A stretch of 64,000 nt of DNA from positions 23,126,001 through 23,190,000 of the forward strand of contig NC_087259.1 of assembly GCF_037042905.1 (NCBI RefSeq). The letters run 5' to 3'. The notes beneath the pieces are model-generated. The model ran no database searches, was not told the origin of the DNA, and worked only from the letters and a program-made list of their open reading frames with translations. Position numbers and translations under genes: made by a program. Every line of letters begins with the position of its first letter. Position 1 is the first letter of the stretch. This document shows, piece after piece, positions 54,001 through 63,676 of this stretch. Source of the stretch: Lytechinus pictus. Its lineage: Eukaryota.

Positions 54001-57000
54001 CTACATATATGATTCATTTATTTATTTATGATTCATTATTTTAAATAATCATATTTTACTTCTATTTACTTACCTTGTCAAAGATTTTCTTTGCTCTTCA
54101 TTACCTATAATATATATTTATGTTCAGTTTAATTCTCCACTCAATTCAATCTTTATTTGGAAATAAAGATTGAATTGACTGTATTATTCGTGTTAATTAT
54201 ATATTCAAAAAGCTGCATCACTTCGCCGTGATCCCTCGCATAGGCCTATAAAGTTGATTCTATCCTTTGGGTTTATGTCAGGTTTCTATAGCTTCTGACC
54301 ATACGAGCATTGAAAGTTAAGGGGTTTATGGGACGAATTATCGACTAGGGCCGTCCATAGCTCAGTCGGTAGAGCACCGGGCTAGCAATCCGGAGGTCTC
54401 GGGTTCGAATCCCGATGGAACCCCATTTTCTTTGCTCTTTATTACCTATAATATATATTTATGGTCAGTTTAATTCTCCGCTCAATTCAATCTTTATTTG
54501 GAAATAAAGATTGAATTGACTGTATTATTCGTGTTACTTGTCAAAGATTGGAAGGAACTTGATTGATGTATGTTTTTGTTCCAACTTGGATACAAGTACG
54601 TGTTTTACAACTCAACAGTTCTTGAAAATTTTATAGACTTTATATGAAGCGTAATCTCAACTTGCCTTTACCATAAACATTGTGCTCGAACCTAAAACTC
54701 GTTAGTCATAGTAGTTATAAAAAAGTACTAAAGTAGAGATGTTAGATATCTACATGTTTTTGTTGCAACTCAGTAGAGATGTTTTTAACTACAGTTTTGA
54801 GATATTATTGATAGATTATCTGCTGCAATTTCTACATATATGATGCATGTGTTTAGTTTTAATGGTTTTAAATAATCGTGTTTTACTTCTATTTACTTAC
54901 CTTGTCAAAGATTGGAAGATTTATGTTTTTGTTGCAACTTTGATACAAGTACGTGGACAGTGTTTTACAACTCAACAGTTCTTGGAAATTGTATAGACTT
55001 TTTATATGAAGCGTAATCTCAACTTGCCTTCACCACAAACATTGTGCGTGAACCTAAAACTCGTTAGTCATAGTTGTTATAAAAGTACTAAAGTAGAGAT
55101 GTTAGATATCTTTGTTTTTGTTGCAACTCGAGTACAGATGATTTTCACTACAGTTTTTATCATGTAAAATATTAAGCATATAACTTTAACTTGCCTTTAC
55201 TTCAACCAACCATTCAGCCATTGTGTGTGCTAAAACTTCAGGAATCCCGTTACCTCAACCAACCATTTAGCCATTGTGTGTGCCAAAACTTAGTCATGTT
55301 AGTAAGAAAGTACATGATTACAGATGTTAAAACATATATATATATATATATATATATACATATCTCAAAATAAACTTTTTATAATATTAATACTTTTGTA
55401 ATTTTCTTATTACTGTGATTAAGCTAAATGAAATTGTGATCGTTTTCATAAAGGTGTGCAAGTACCGCAGTAGCACCAGGGTAGTACCATGGTACAGGTA
55501 CCACGGTACTATCGCAGTACAGGTTTACAGGTACAGCGGTACTACTGCGGTAGTACCGCAGTATAGGTACCGCGGTACTACCGCAGTACAGGTACCGCGG
55601 TACTACCGCAGTACAGGTACCGCGGTACTACCGCAGTACCTGTACTGCGGTACTACCGCAGTATAGGTACCGCGGTACTACCGCAGTACAGGTACCGCGG
55701 TACTACCGCAGTACCTGTACTGCGGTACTACCGCAGTATAGGTACCGCGGTACTACTGCAGTACTACTGCGGTACTACCGCAGTATAGGTACCGCGGTAC
55801 TACCGCAGTACAGGTACTGCGGTACTACCGCAGTACCTGTACTGCGGTACTACTGCAGTACTACCGCAGTATAGGTACCGCGGTACTGTACTGCGGTACT
55901 ACCGCGGTACTACCGCAGTAGTACCGACCAATTTACCACGAGTACTACCGCAGTACTTGTACTGCGGTAGTACTGCGGTACTTGTACCGCAGTACTACCG
56001 CAGTACTTTTTTACAAGGGGATGATGATGACGGTCGAGGTGATGGTGGTGATGATGATACTGGTGATAATTATGATCATTATAATGATGGTGAACTGAGG
56101 ACTAAGATTCGGCAAGAATTATGGAATGCTGCCGCTATAAAGATAAAATGATGAAATTGTAGTTGTATGATGATTATGACGATGATGAAGACGATGACGA
56201 CGGGTGATAAAATATTTCTCATAATCCTTCATAATCCATAATCGAACTCACAGAAACTGTGATGTGCCCGTTGGATTGTTCGTGTGGTGAGTCTGCGTTT
56301 TTCGGGAGATATGGTCCTGATCAACCCCAGTGCAGCGATCCCAACTGGCTCCCGTTCTGGGTAAATTGTTCGAGCGGATGGAACGAAGAATACAGAAACA
56401 ATACTGCTCCCAAAGCGATTATGTTGTAAGTTATTGTCAAACTATTATGTGTTGTTTCGTTTCCCTGGAAATTGAAAAAAATGTCAGTTTCATAATTCAC
56501 ATGTCAAATATATGGCAGAAATAATGTCTTATTAAACATAAGTTTATTGATTAGGTCGTTTTGCTCGCTCACCCAAAATAACCTACTGCAACGTTTAAAA
56601 ACGAACAAGGACCCTCTTGATTAATGCCAATATATGTTCTTATCAATCATCATGAAAATCAATCTTTTCAGATGCACCTTGTGACTTAAGGAATAAAAAA
56701 ATATAAGTGATGGAAATCATATTCCTACTGGAAAAAAGGATCCACTTCTTACATTTGACAGAAATTGTAATTCTAGAGCTCTTTAATACTTTATCAAGTA
56801 GCTTGTACGCCAAATAGATATTACATGAGAAACAAGGACTCGCAATCAATTAATTTGATGTGCATATATTTCGAGGAGGGTTAAAAAATATAGAATAACG
56901 TTTGTTTATTAACGTCATGTTTTAGACATATGATTTCTTAGCCAGAGGGCGTGTCTCTACGTTTTCCCCCTCAGAAATCTGAACCATGCACCGATCAGAG

Positions 57001-58328
57001 AATTGCATCCGGGTTCTTTTGATGGGCTACGAAATGTACATACACTGTGAGTATAAAATATCTCACTGATCGTCTCCTCAAATATTCAGGACTGCGCCAA
57101 TTAAAGGGGTGGGGGAGGGCAACCGCCCCATCATCTTCAAGACCTGAAAAGACCCCCCGAAAAGAGAGAGAGAGAGAGAGAGAAAGAAAAAAAGGAAAGA
57201 AAGAAAGAGTATAAAATCAAGGATAGGTTTTGGCCGTGTAACTTTATAATATTCATACTGTTCGATTTAGAGGGGAAAGTGACGTAAAGTGTTGGTCATC
57301 GAGTCCCATAAAATACCCTGGTGCCCTAAATGAATTTTTTTTTTCCTTTTGGTTTCGTCAATAATCATGAAGAAAAGCTTCGATTTCTATTGGCTTTGTT
57401 GTATATCTCTTCGCTTCCGATTGCCTCTGTTTCGGAATCAAATTTCTGATGACCATTTCCTATGTTTTCCTGCCCAGGAAATGGAAAGCAATCATTATTA
57501 ATTGCATTTGTCCTATTTGTCCTCAGGACAATGCTAGATGATAATAGATTCATAGAATCCTTGTATGGAAGAGGTTTGAGCCTGTAAACCTTAGTGGGCC
57601 AAAATGATTTCTGTAATCAAGTTTTATTTTCCTATTTCCATTTCACGAAGGGAAAGGCGATCACAATTAACTTTTTTTGCAATGAATGTCTAGTTTCATA
57701 AGTTTTTTTTATGTGATATTTTTAACATCCAAATACAGAGACATCGATTCAGCCCAGCTGAAGAGGTTGCCACCTGATGTGTTTATCGGAATGCATCGAC
57801 TGGTCAAGATGTGAGTGGCAAAGACAATATGTAGTAAGGATGCTTTGACAATAAAGCAACTTCATCAACACTACCACAAATGCTACTNNNNNNNNNNNNN
57901 NNNNNNNNNNNNNNNNNNNNNNNNNNNNNNNNNNNNNNNNNNNNNNNNNNNNNNNNNNNNNNNNNNNNNNNNNNNNNNNNNNNNNNNNNNNNNNNNNNNN
58001 NNNNNNNNNNNNNNNNNNNNNNNNNNNNNNNNNNNNNNNNNNNNNNNNNNNNNNNNNNNNNNNNNNNNNNNNNNNNNNNNNNNNNNNNNNNNNNNNNNNN
58101 NNNNNNNNNNNNNNNNNNNNNNNNNNNNNNNNNNNNNNNNNNNNNNNNNNNNNNNNNNNNNNNNNNNNNNNNNNNNNNNNNNNNNNNNNNNNNNNNNNNN
58201 NNNNNNNNNNNNNNNNNNNNNNNNNNNNNNNNNNNNNNNNNNNNNNNNNNNNNNNNNNNNNNNNNNNNNNNNNNNNNNNNNNNNNNNNNNNNNNNNNNNN
58301 NNNNNNNNNNNNNNNNNNNCAAATTCTT

Positions 58329-58361
<33 letters not shown>

Positions 58362-58423
58362 ATACTATATTACTGCTACTACTACTACTACTACTTCAAC
58401 AACAAAAACAAATTCTACTACTT

Positions 58424-58471
<48 letters not shown>

Positions 58472-58519
58472 TATTACTGCTACTACTACTACTACTGCAA
58501 CAACAAAAACAAATTCTAT

Positions 58520-58557
<38 letters not shown>

Positions 58558-58601
58558 TATTACTGCTACTACTACTACTACTTCAACAACAACAACAAAT
58601 T

Positions 58602-58648
<47 letters not shown>

Positions 58649-61600
58649 GCTGCTGCTACTACTACTACTACTCATGGGCGGAAATCCTAGGGGGGACAGG
58701 GAGGACGCGTCCCCCTACCAAAAATATCAAATGTCCCCCTACTATTTTTGGTCTTTCATAATGGAGAAAAATTCATCATTCCCAATCAAAATAATACATG
58801 GATTTTGGTATAAATGACCTTACATTTTGGGTGAAAACTTTTTTTTTTGCCTGTCAAAATTTCAAGCCCCTGGTCCCCCTTCCTTTGGGGACAGATTTCC
58901 GCTCATGCTACTACTACCACTATTACTTCTACTACTGCTCAAACTACTTATTATATTTGTAGTTTATTATTACCATTCGTAGCTGTATTGAAACAGTAAC
59001 TACGAGTATAATCAATAATACTGACATTATTTTGGCAAGTCGTGTAACTTGGGGCCGGACTTGGCGTTGGCTGTGGGCATCATCTTTGATTGCGATTTGT
59101 CCCTTATACGGGCTTGATCTATGTCCTTTTCTCTAGCATTGCGAGTAACAACAGCCTGACTTATCTTGAACGTGGGACATTCCGAGGACTACACAAGTTG
59201 AGATTATTGTAAGTAATTATTATTATTTTCACACAATAAAGAATATATTAAGGCTTACAAATAAACAAAGATGCGTATTTGATGTAGAATATAATGAAAG
59301 AATTCAATTTAATATGATATTTACTGAACAGTATGAATACACTGCGTTTCTACACTTACAAAAACATATCAATCACACCTTTTCATTAGAATCAGAAGAA
59401 TGTGTCCAAGGTGCTTGCAAAATGGCTTAAAAGTTCGCATCGAATCATAGAAGCTTGTATGACGAATGAAAGGTTTATTATGATGTCGTCTTCTTCAATT
59501 CATGCGATCTCAAACAGGTACCTAGATTTGAACAAAATATCGCGGCTCGACGAGGGTTGTTTTATGGATCTTCACAGTCTATTCTTCATGTAAGTTTCAT
59601 CTGAATAATTCATTTAATAATTAATTTGAAATTAAAATCCTTCCCTTTTCATTTTTCTTCGTTTGTTAATATATGATTCGTTCTAAAGTAGTTCAAATAT
59701 TTCTTTTATCATTAGTTTCTTTTTATCTGCTTATATCTATAAATTTTGTCTTTCAATCAATCAATCAATCAATATTTCTTTCATCATTAGTTTCTTTTTA
59801 TCTGCTTCATCTGTAAATGTTGTCAATCAATCAATCAATCAATCAAATAATCTTTATTTTGTCCTTCTTTAACCTTTTGTCTTCTTCATTTCAAAAGTTG
59901 TTTTAAAAAAGCATTACTTATATTTTTTTTACATCAATTAGGTGAAAATCCTGACAAAGATCTAATTTTATGGTACGAATAACTCCTCCAATCAAAATCA
60001 AATTCCAAAACAAGATCAAAGGCAGAACCCCCCCCCCAAAAAAAAAAAATCTGGGAACTCCTCCAACCCCCCCCCCTAATTAAACCAGTTCTGAATTTAA
60101 ATCATACTACTGGACTTCCGCAGAAATTGTTTTGGAACTTACAAAAAACTTTTCTTTCATATTTTTTTGTTATAAAATAATTGAATATATTTTTATTCTG
60201 TATGATTACGACGACAATGATGGTGATGATGATGATAATGATAATGACAGTGATAATTAATCTAAAATCTTTGAATTCATTGCTTTTCATCATAATTCCA
60301 GAGGACTGAATCAGAATCCACTTGGCAATATTAGGCCTGGAACTTTCAGAGAGCTCGGAGATTCTTTAGAACGTCTGTAAGGATATACCAGTATATACTT
60401 TATACTTTCATTCATTTTTTTAGGGATGAACAGTGCGTCTTTAAATCTGCAAGTAGATTTGGCATTATACAGTGCGTCCTACAAAAAAAAAACGATACTG
60501 AGATTTAGCAACGATTTATCATAATTAAATCACAAATACAATAGACAAATGACCTCTATTTGTAAAGCTTAGAGTCTCTCTTTGAGCTGGTATAACATAG
60601 CTTTCCGATTCAAGCATGAATGAGTGAATTTCTGGAAAAAAGGATACAAAAAATCATCTGGCGGGGGTATCTAAATTTCAAAAAAATAAATCACATGCCT
60701 AAAACATCAATACCTGCTCTTTAATTATTTTGATACCTCAACCACAGACAAAAATAGTCAAGAAATAATGAAATAACAAAGTTAATTTTCTTCGAAACAA
60801 TGCTTGTATTTCCATAAATTAATTTGTTTCCAAAGGTTTCCAACCAAAGCTATTACAAAAACAAAGGCCTTTATGCATGGATGATCGTCAACAAAAAGTA
60901 GTGTCGAGAAAGTCTGAAAGCTAACATATAAAACCTCTTCATTTTATGAAATTATTGGAATTCAAGCCTTACTTCAATAAACAGAATTTTTATGGGACAC
61001 ACTGTATAAATGCCATAATAATTATGATGATGATTATGGTGCATGGTGATGCTAATGGTGGTGGTAATGGTGATGGTTATTACTATTTTTTGTTTATGAT
61101 AATATTAATTTCTATGACATTGTCCATGATTATACACCTAAAATGTAAATTTAATTGTGGTTTATATGATTGTAAAATTAAAGAATTTCTATGTGGACAA
61201 TAAAATTGAACTGACTAATTCACTGGCGATGATCCGTGACATACTATTCAAGAGGGGGGGGGGGTGGATCAAACAATATATCACCCCCCCCCCTTGAACA
61301 ATAGATTCACAACACAAATCAACACCAATGGACTAATTGAATAGAATTGTATATGTCCTCTATCAAAAATATAATTAATTGTATCTCTGTTTTCCAGGAT
61401 TTTACGAAACAATAGTATCACATCAATAAACTCCAGTTTGTTTGATGGAATTGGACAAAAGCTCCTACGTCTGTAAGTAAATCACCTTATAATTATTTCA
61501 GCACATTTTGTATTATTTCCATATAAAACTAAAACAAAACACATTATTTTTGTTTATTTCATGAGATAAGTTAACAGAAAAAAACCCATTGATTGAGGTT

Positions 61601-63516
61601 TAACGACACTACCAACACATTGCTTTAAATATTAATATTAGTCTGTTAAGTGGAATATTGTAACGTACAACACCAAAGTAAAACATGGGCAAAATGAAAA
61701 TGAAACATGTTAGTAATGGAGGGGGCTACTAAAAAGCTGAACTTGTAGAGTGCAGCCTTCAATAAATTCTAATGCAATTTCCATTGATTTGCACATTATC
61801 TTCATTCTGCACATAATGAAGGATGTGGAAGAGCCGTGGTGTAGTGGTTCTGACTCTCGCCTTGTAAACAGAGGGTCGTGTGTTCGAATCCCACCGCGGT
61901 CTAGCGTCCTTTGGCAAGGCGTTAATCCACACTTTGCCACTCTCGACCCAGGTGCTAAATGGGTACCCGGTAGGATGCGAAAGATATTGTATGTTTGATT
62001 TTGCCAGCGCCATAATGAGGCTGCGATGAATGCAAAGAATGCTCCCCAGGGAGTGGAAATTGTGCACTTTTCGTGCGGGATTGAAATGAATCCAATGACC
62101 GGGGTAATAATATGCTGTAACGCGCTTTGAGCCATTCTGGGAAAAGCGCTCTATAAAAATTGGCTATTATTATTATTACTGAAATTCCCTAACAAAAAAT
62201 GTCTTACAATTGCTTGCCATTTAAAACCAACGTTTACATGAGGTTAAGGCATATATTCTTACTACCTGTTCATGTGTTATTGCTCATAAAAACTTTCTAT
62301 CAGGCCTTTTTTATGACGTGCTTCTATATTCTCATTACATGTAAAATATTTCAATTTTGGGATGTACACTTATATTACCACAATTGCCAATTTCTTGTCT
62401 TTTAGAAATGTCCAAGATAATCCCATTTCGGTGGTTGCACCTGGTTCCTTCACCAACCTTACTAATGTGACAAGTTTGTAAGTAAACCTTATTTACATAC
62501 TGATGATAAATATATGAATAGTTTGAATACAATACTATTAATAATCATAATTAGCAATCAAATTCAAATTGTTTATTAATGTAATCTCTTTGTCGGAATT
62601 GAACATTCATTTTAATCTTCAATTAATTTTCATTTAACAAAAGTCAAACTTTATGAGAATTTTTTACAAACAATAAATTACATACATATCATTTAACTTA
62701 AATTATAACATATATCACTATGGTATTCTCAAACATTTTAATGAATTATAATTATCAGTTTTATTAAGTTACTCCACTACGGTGCAGAATGATTTTGTTA
62801 CTTATACAAGCAAAATAGAATGAAATATCTTTGCTTCGTATTAAAATGCAAAACAATTCTTTGTTCTTGCAAATTTGTTTATAAATATATATGGTAAATG
62901 GAGCTTTCCATCAAAATAAGATTTGAAAAAGAAATATACAGGTTCATCTTATGATCAGTCTGATTTTAATTATATGACAGCCTGAGAAGATTATTCACAA
63001 AGACCAAGGCCAAGGCCGAAATGGTTTCAAATCACCAAGAAACACCAAGACAACATTACGACTACATAATTCAATTCGCTTTCATTCTATGGTAGCATCG
63101 TCACAGATTTGAACATAATTATTCATAAGATGATTTAAAAATTCAACTTTGCACAGTAAGATATTCGCATCAAATTTTACTACGTTTTATTCCAAACATG
63201 GATTGCAGACTAATCATAATTTGTGCGGTGGCTTTAATACTACTTTCCGATTGGCTGGAAGTAGAAGTGAGCTGACATACATCTCCTAACCCTTTGGCAT
63301 ATATTTAACCCATATACCTATAGGTCCATGTCTAAAGGCTGAATAATCTCACAAATCAATAAAACATACAGTGTAAGGTGTCCACCCCCAGCAGTATATA
63401 GGCTTGATAATGATTACACTCCAACTAAATTCATATAGGTCCTTGATGCTAACACCCAAAAATCCAATACATCTATATCCTGGATTCTATGATGGGCTGG
63501 AAAGTCTTGAAACAGT
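24037..63516 (+). CDS. GRL101/LGR-like receptor ectodomain: signal peptide-CUB-LDLa-LDLa-LRRNT-LRR x8 (continues beyond the window)
   Basis: Fourteen phase-compatible GT/AG exons: 24037-24088, 25280-25395, 26096-26318, 27330-27473, 28431-28562, 56254-56425, 56975-57046, 57739-57810, 59137-59208, 59518-59589, 60302-60376, 61398-61472, 62406-62477, 63439-63516. LDLa followed by phase-2 LRR exons of ~72 nt is the known RXFP/GRL101 layout. The 7TM domain is not seen here. Confidence 0.85.
24644..25227. mobile_element. Kolobok-like MITE (older copy)
   Basis: AGGGATGCTCCAGGCTGAAAAT ... ATTTTCAGCCGGGAGTACCCCT, degenerate TTAA flanks, internal layout similar to 11519-12118. Confidence 0.75.
25280..25395 (+). 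CDS. CUB domain N-half exon
   Basis: INVCWSIKSTRINSPNYPSPYPSDDIQQWTVVTPAGNQ contains the CUB hallmark I-x-SPNYP-x-x-Y...W. Confidence 0.85.
26096..26318 (+). CDS. CUB domain C-half exon
   Basis: TLIIVNELNIEEPWDTLTI...ISFCSDTRRELTGFDLEV contains the E..D.L and F.SD....GF motifs; phase 0 in, phase 1 out. Confidence 0.85.
27330..27473 (+). CDS. Degenerate LDL-receptor class A exon
   Basis: HWCSTEHHQFIASDAQCNGVFECANYTDDAECF; four Cys; phase 1-1; gtgagt donor. Confidence 0.85.
27650..27823 (+). mobile_element. SINE with a 7SL (Alu-domain)-like head
   Basis: Starts GACTGGGCGTTGTGGCGTGCGCCTGTCATCCAAGCTA, then B-box GGTTCGAGCC, central TCTTTCGGATGGTGACGCTAAA, (AC)n tail; TSD CTCGAT. Confidence 0.75.
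28431..28562 (+). CDS. Canonical LDL-receptor class A exon
   Basis: ECGPGFHQCMTSPELCVSQERVCDGWNDCPLGDDEENC; phase 1-1. Confidence 0.92.
31566..33056 (+). pseudogene. C2H2 zinc-finger/acidic/helical protein of the Polinton-like element, disrupted by a MITE (225 aa when restored)
   Basis: CSLCHRTYSRKYDMKRHQQNAH finger. Removing 31830-32642 fuses ...SETPDM to DDPADNLAYQEWY...EEIHN* in frame. AATAAA at ~33207. Confidence 0.8.
31830..32639. mobile_element. PIF/Harbinger-like MITE
   Basis: ATG|GGCTGCGTTTAT ... ATAAACGCACCC|ATG (3-bp TSD), with GAATCATGATT(T/C) palindromic subterminal repeats. Confidence 0.85.
34894..35154 (-). CDS. Small hypothetical protein encoded in the Polinton TIR (open in the right TIR, frameshifted in the left TIR copy at ~29424-29682)
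   Basis: MVIEYLAIIEIFKDMNKYPKTWVEELIKENPQMKVRQSLECLDPQKLVKFYPHVARVMWLRRELMDPYLVTEYGLSIAS, preceded by TATAAAAGG...TCATT. The true start codon is unclear. Confidence 0.5.
   Translation of the reverse strand: MEKADLLMVIEYLAIIEIFKDMNKYPKTWVEELIKENPQMKVRQSLECLDPQKLVKFYPHVARVMWLRRELMDPYLVTEYGLSIAS
35400..36969. mobile_element. Non-autonomous DNA transposon with a 6-bp TSD (hAT-like) in the right Polinton TIR
   Basis: GATGAC|CAGAGCTGCCAA ... TTGGCAGCTCTG|GATGAC; the empty site is visible in the left TIR at ~29180. Confidence 0.88.
35553..36859. mobile_element. hAT-like element nested in 35400-36969
   Basis: Imperfect TIR CAAGGTTCCACATTA / TAATGTCGAGCCTTG and GGTGGCCC(G) subterminal repeats; no TSD detected. 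Confidence 0.6.
41280..52531 (+). CDS. Spliced transposon-borne gene: N-terminal globular domain, NLS, coiled coil, Ser-rich linker and BEN-like C-terminus (probably missing an exon)
   Basis: Exons 41280-41541, 43836-44008, 44471-44548, 47685-47853, 48304-48371 and 50940-51068 join in frame (293 aa). The last exon 52356-52531 (HVKSKFPGVSSSEIRIVMRNKVGNEIKLAKRR) resembles a BEN C-terminal helix but is phase 1 after a phase-0 donor. Confidence 0.7.
42281..42834. mobile_element. Palindromic MITE (superfamily unassigned)
   Basis: AAGGTCTACAATTGCACACCCCCCTGGCATTTCAA at the left, its reverse complement at the right, and inverted arms of about 250 bp. Confidence 0.8.
43071..43532. mobile_element. 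Two adjacent MITEs with related TIRs (43071-43211 and 43221-43532)
   Basis: Both have TAACTCCG(G/A)G...GAGTTA-type ends; (CA)TGTCTGT occurs before, between and after them. Confidence 0.65.
44702..47403. mobile_element. Sola2-like non-autonomous DNA transposon
   Basis: TCCT|GGGCAAGTCCAAGATAA ... TTATCTTGGACTTGCCC|TCCT (4-bp TSD, GRG ends); internal repeated motif TGTTACGTATGGGAC in both orientations. Confidence 0.8.
46762..47183. mobile_element. Kolobok-like MITE nested in the Sola-like element
   Basis: TTAA|AGGTGTAGATCAGTAGTGG ... CCACTACTGATCTTCCTCT|TTAA. Confidence 0.75.
48389..50663. mobile_element. PIF/Harbinger MITE (interrupted)
   Basis: TTA|AGGGGTGGTCACAC..CATGACTATAC ... GTATAGTCATG..GTGTGATCACTCCT|TTA; palindromic body at 48389-48821. 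Confidence 0.8.
48822..50635. mobile_element. Non-autonomous DNA transposon with a 6-bp TSD (hAT-like)
   Basis: GTATAG|CATACCTGCCAACC ... GGTTGGCAGGTATG|GTATAG, with ATTCCGA subterminal repeats. Confidence 0.88.
51345..51692. mobile_element. Tigger/pogo-like MITE with a second same-family copy (51482-51653) inserted in it
   Basis: TA|CAGGGAAACCCCGTTATAACG ... CAGGGTTACCTG|TA sits inside an oppositely oriented copy; CGTTATAA repeats. Confidence 0.7.
53878..55155. repeat. ~2.3 tandem copies of a ~365-bp unit
   Basis: AAAAGTACTAAAGTAGAGATGTTAGATATC at ~53890, ~54721 and ~55080. Confidence 0.85.
54087..54536 (+). mobile_element. tRNA-containing partial-tandem retroposon (Penelope-like non-autonomous element?)
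   Basis: 13-bp TSD CTTGTCAAAGATT, empty site in the neighbouring unit at ~54901, ~109-bp direct terminal repeats, tRNA-like segment at 54348-54425. Confidence 0.7.
56254..56425 (+). CDS. LRR N-terminal cap exon
   Basis: VMCPLDCSCG...WVNCSSGW...PKAIML; phase 1 in, phase 2 out; gtaagt donor. Confidence 0.88.
56975..57046 (+). CDS. LRR exon 1
   Basis: 72 nt, phase 2-2, NLNHAPIRELHPGSFDGLRNVHTL. Confidence 0.9.
57739..57810 (+). CDS. LRR exon 2
   Basis: 72 nt, DIDSAQLKRLPPDVFIGMHRLVKI. Confidence 0.9.
57888..58319. other. Assembly gap
   Basis: Run of N next to a (CTA)n array. Confidence 1.
58325..58672. repeat. Compound (CTA)n microsatellite
   Basis: Direct observation; higher-order units are punctuated by CAACAACAAAAACAAATT. 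Confidence 0.95.
58673..58907. mobile_element. hAT-like MITE
   Basis: CTACTACT|CATGGGCGGAAATC ... GATTTCCGCTCATG|CTACTACT. Confidence 0.75.
59137..59208 (+). CDS. LRR exon 3
   Basis: 72 nt, IASNNSLTYLERGTFRGLHKLRLL. Confidence 0.9.
59518..59589 (+). CDS. LRR exon 4
   Basis: 72 nt, YLDLNKISRLDEGCFMDLHSLFFI. Confidence 0.9.
60302..60376 (+). CDS. LRR exon 5
   Basis: 75 nt, GLNQNPLGNIRPGTFRELGDSLERL. Confidence 0.9.
60470..61004. mobile_element. Tc1/mariner-type MITE
   Basis: TA|CAGTGCGTCCTACAAAA ... TTTTATGGGACACACTG|TA. Confidence 0.75.
61398..61472 (+). CDS. LRR exon 6
   Basis: 75 nt, ILRNNSITSINSSLFDGIGQKLLRL. Confidence 0.9.
61827..62178 (+). mobile_element. tRNA-derived SINE (Deu/Nin-domain-like, L2-type tail)
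   Basis: A box GTGGTGTAGTGG, B box GTTCGAATCCC, central CCACTCTCGACCCAGGTGCTAAATGGGTACC, 3' GCGCTTTGAG...AAAGCGCTCTATAAAA and a (TTA)n tail. Confidence 0.9.
62406..62477 (+). CDS. LRR exon 7
   Basis: 72 nt, NVQDNPISVVAPGSFTNLTNVTSL. Confidence 0.9.
63439..63516 (+). CDS. LRR exon 8
   Basis: 78 nt, SLMLTPKNPIHLYPGFYDGLESLETV; gtaagt donor. Confidence 0.85.
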
Positions 63517-63676
63517 GTAAGTAATTAAATTCAATTGTCTTTTCTCTGTCTTATGTGATAACATATGTACATATAAATGATAGAAAATACTACTACTGCT
63601 ACTACCTCCTCCCTCCTCTTCGTCTTCCTTCTTCTTATTCCTCCTCCTCCTCCCTTCCTCTTCTTCTCCTTCAACT

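Larger units (their letters stand above)
37492..56019. mobile_element. 18.5-kb CACTA/EnSpm (CMC)-type transposon with no visible transposase
   Basis: GA|CCCTTGTAAAAAAGTACTGCG ... CGCAGTACTTTTTTACAAGGG|GA, with subterminal TACCGCGGTAC/GCAGTAC arrays at 37500-37920 and 55460-56010. Confidence 0.88.

Noticed and set aside
54348-54425. Functional tRNA-Ala(AGC) gene
   Set aside because: The acceptor stem pairs at only about 4 of 7 positions, and the sequence lies inside a TSD-flanked insertion.
57804-58690. Long ORFs spanning N runs and (CTA)n tracts (also 14235-14696 and 63555-63953)
   Set aside because: They are artefacts of assembly gaps and microsatellites.
63157-63267. Additional receptor exon between LRR7 and LRR8
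   Set aside because: The open frame lacks the LRR pattern and exits in phase 1, incompatible with the phase-2 neighbours, which join directly.
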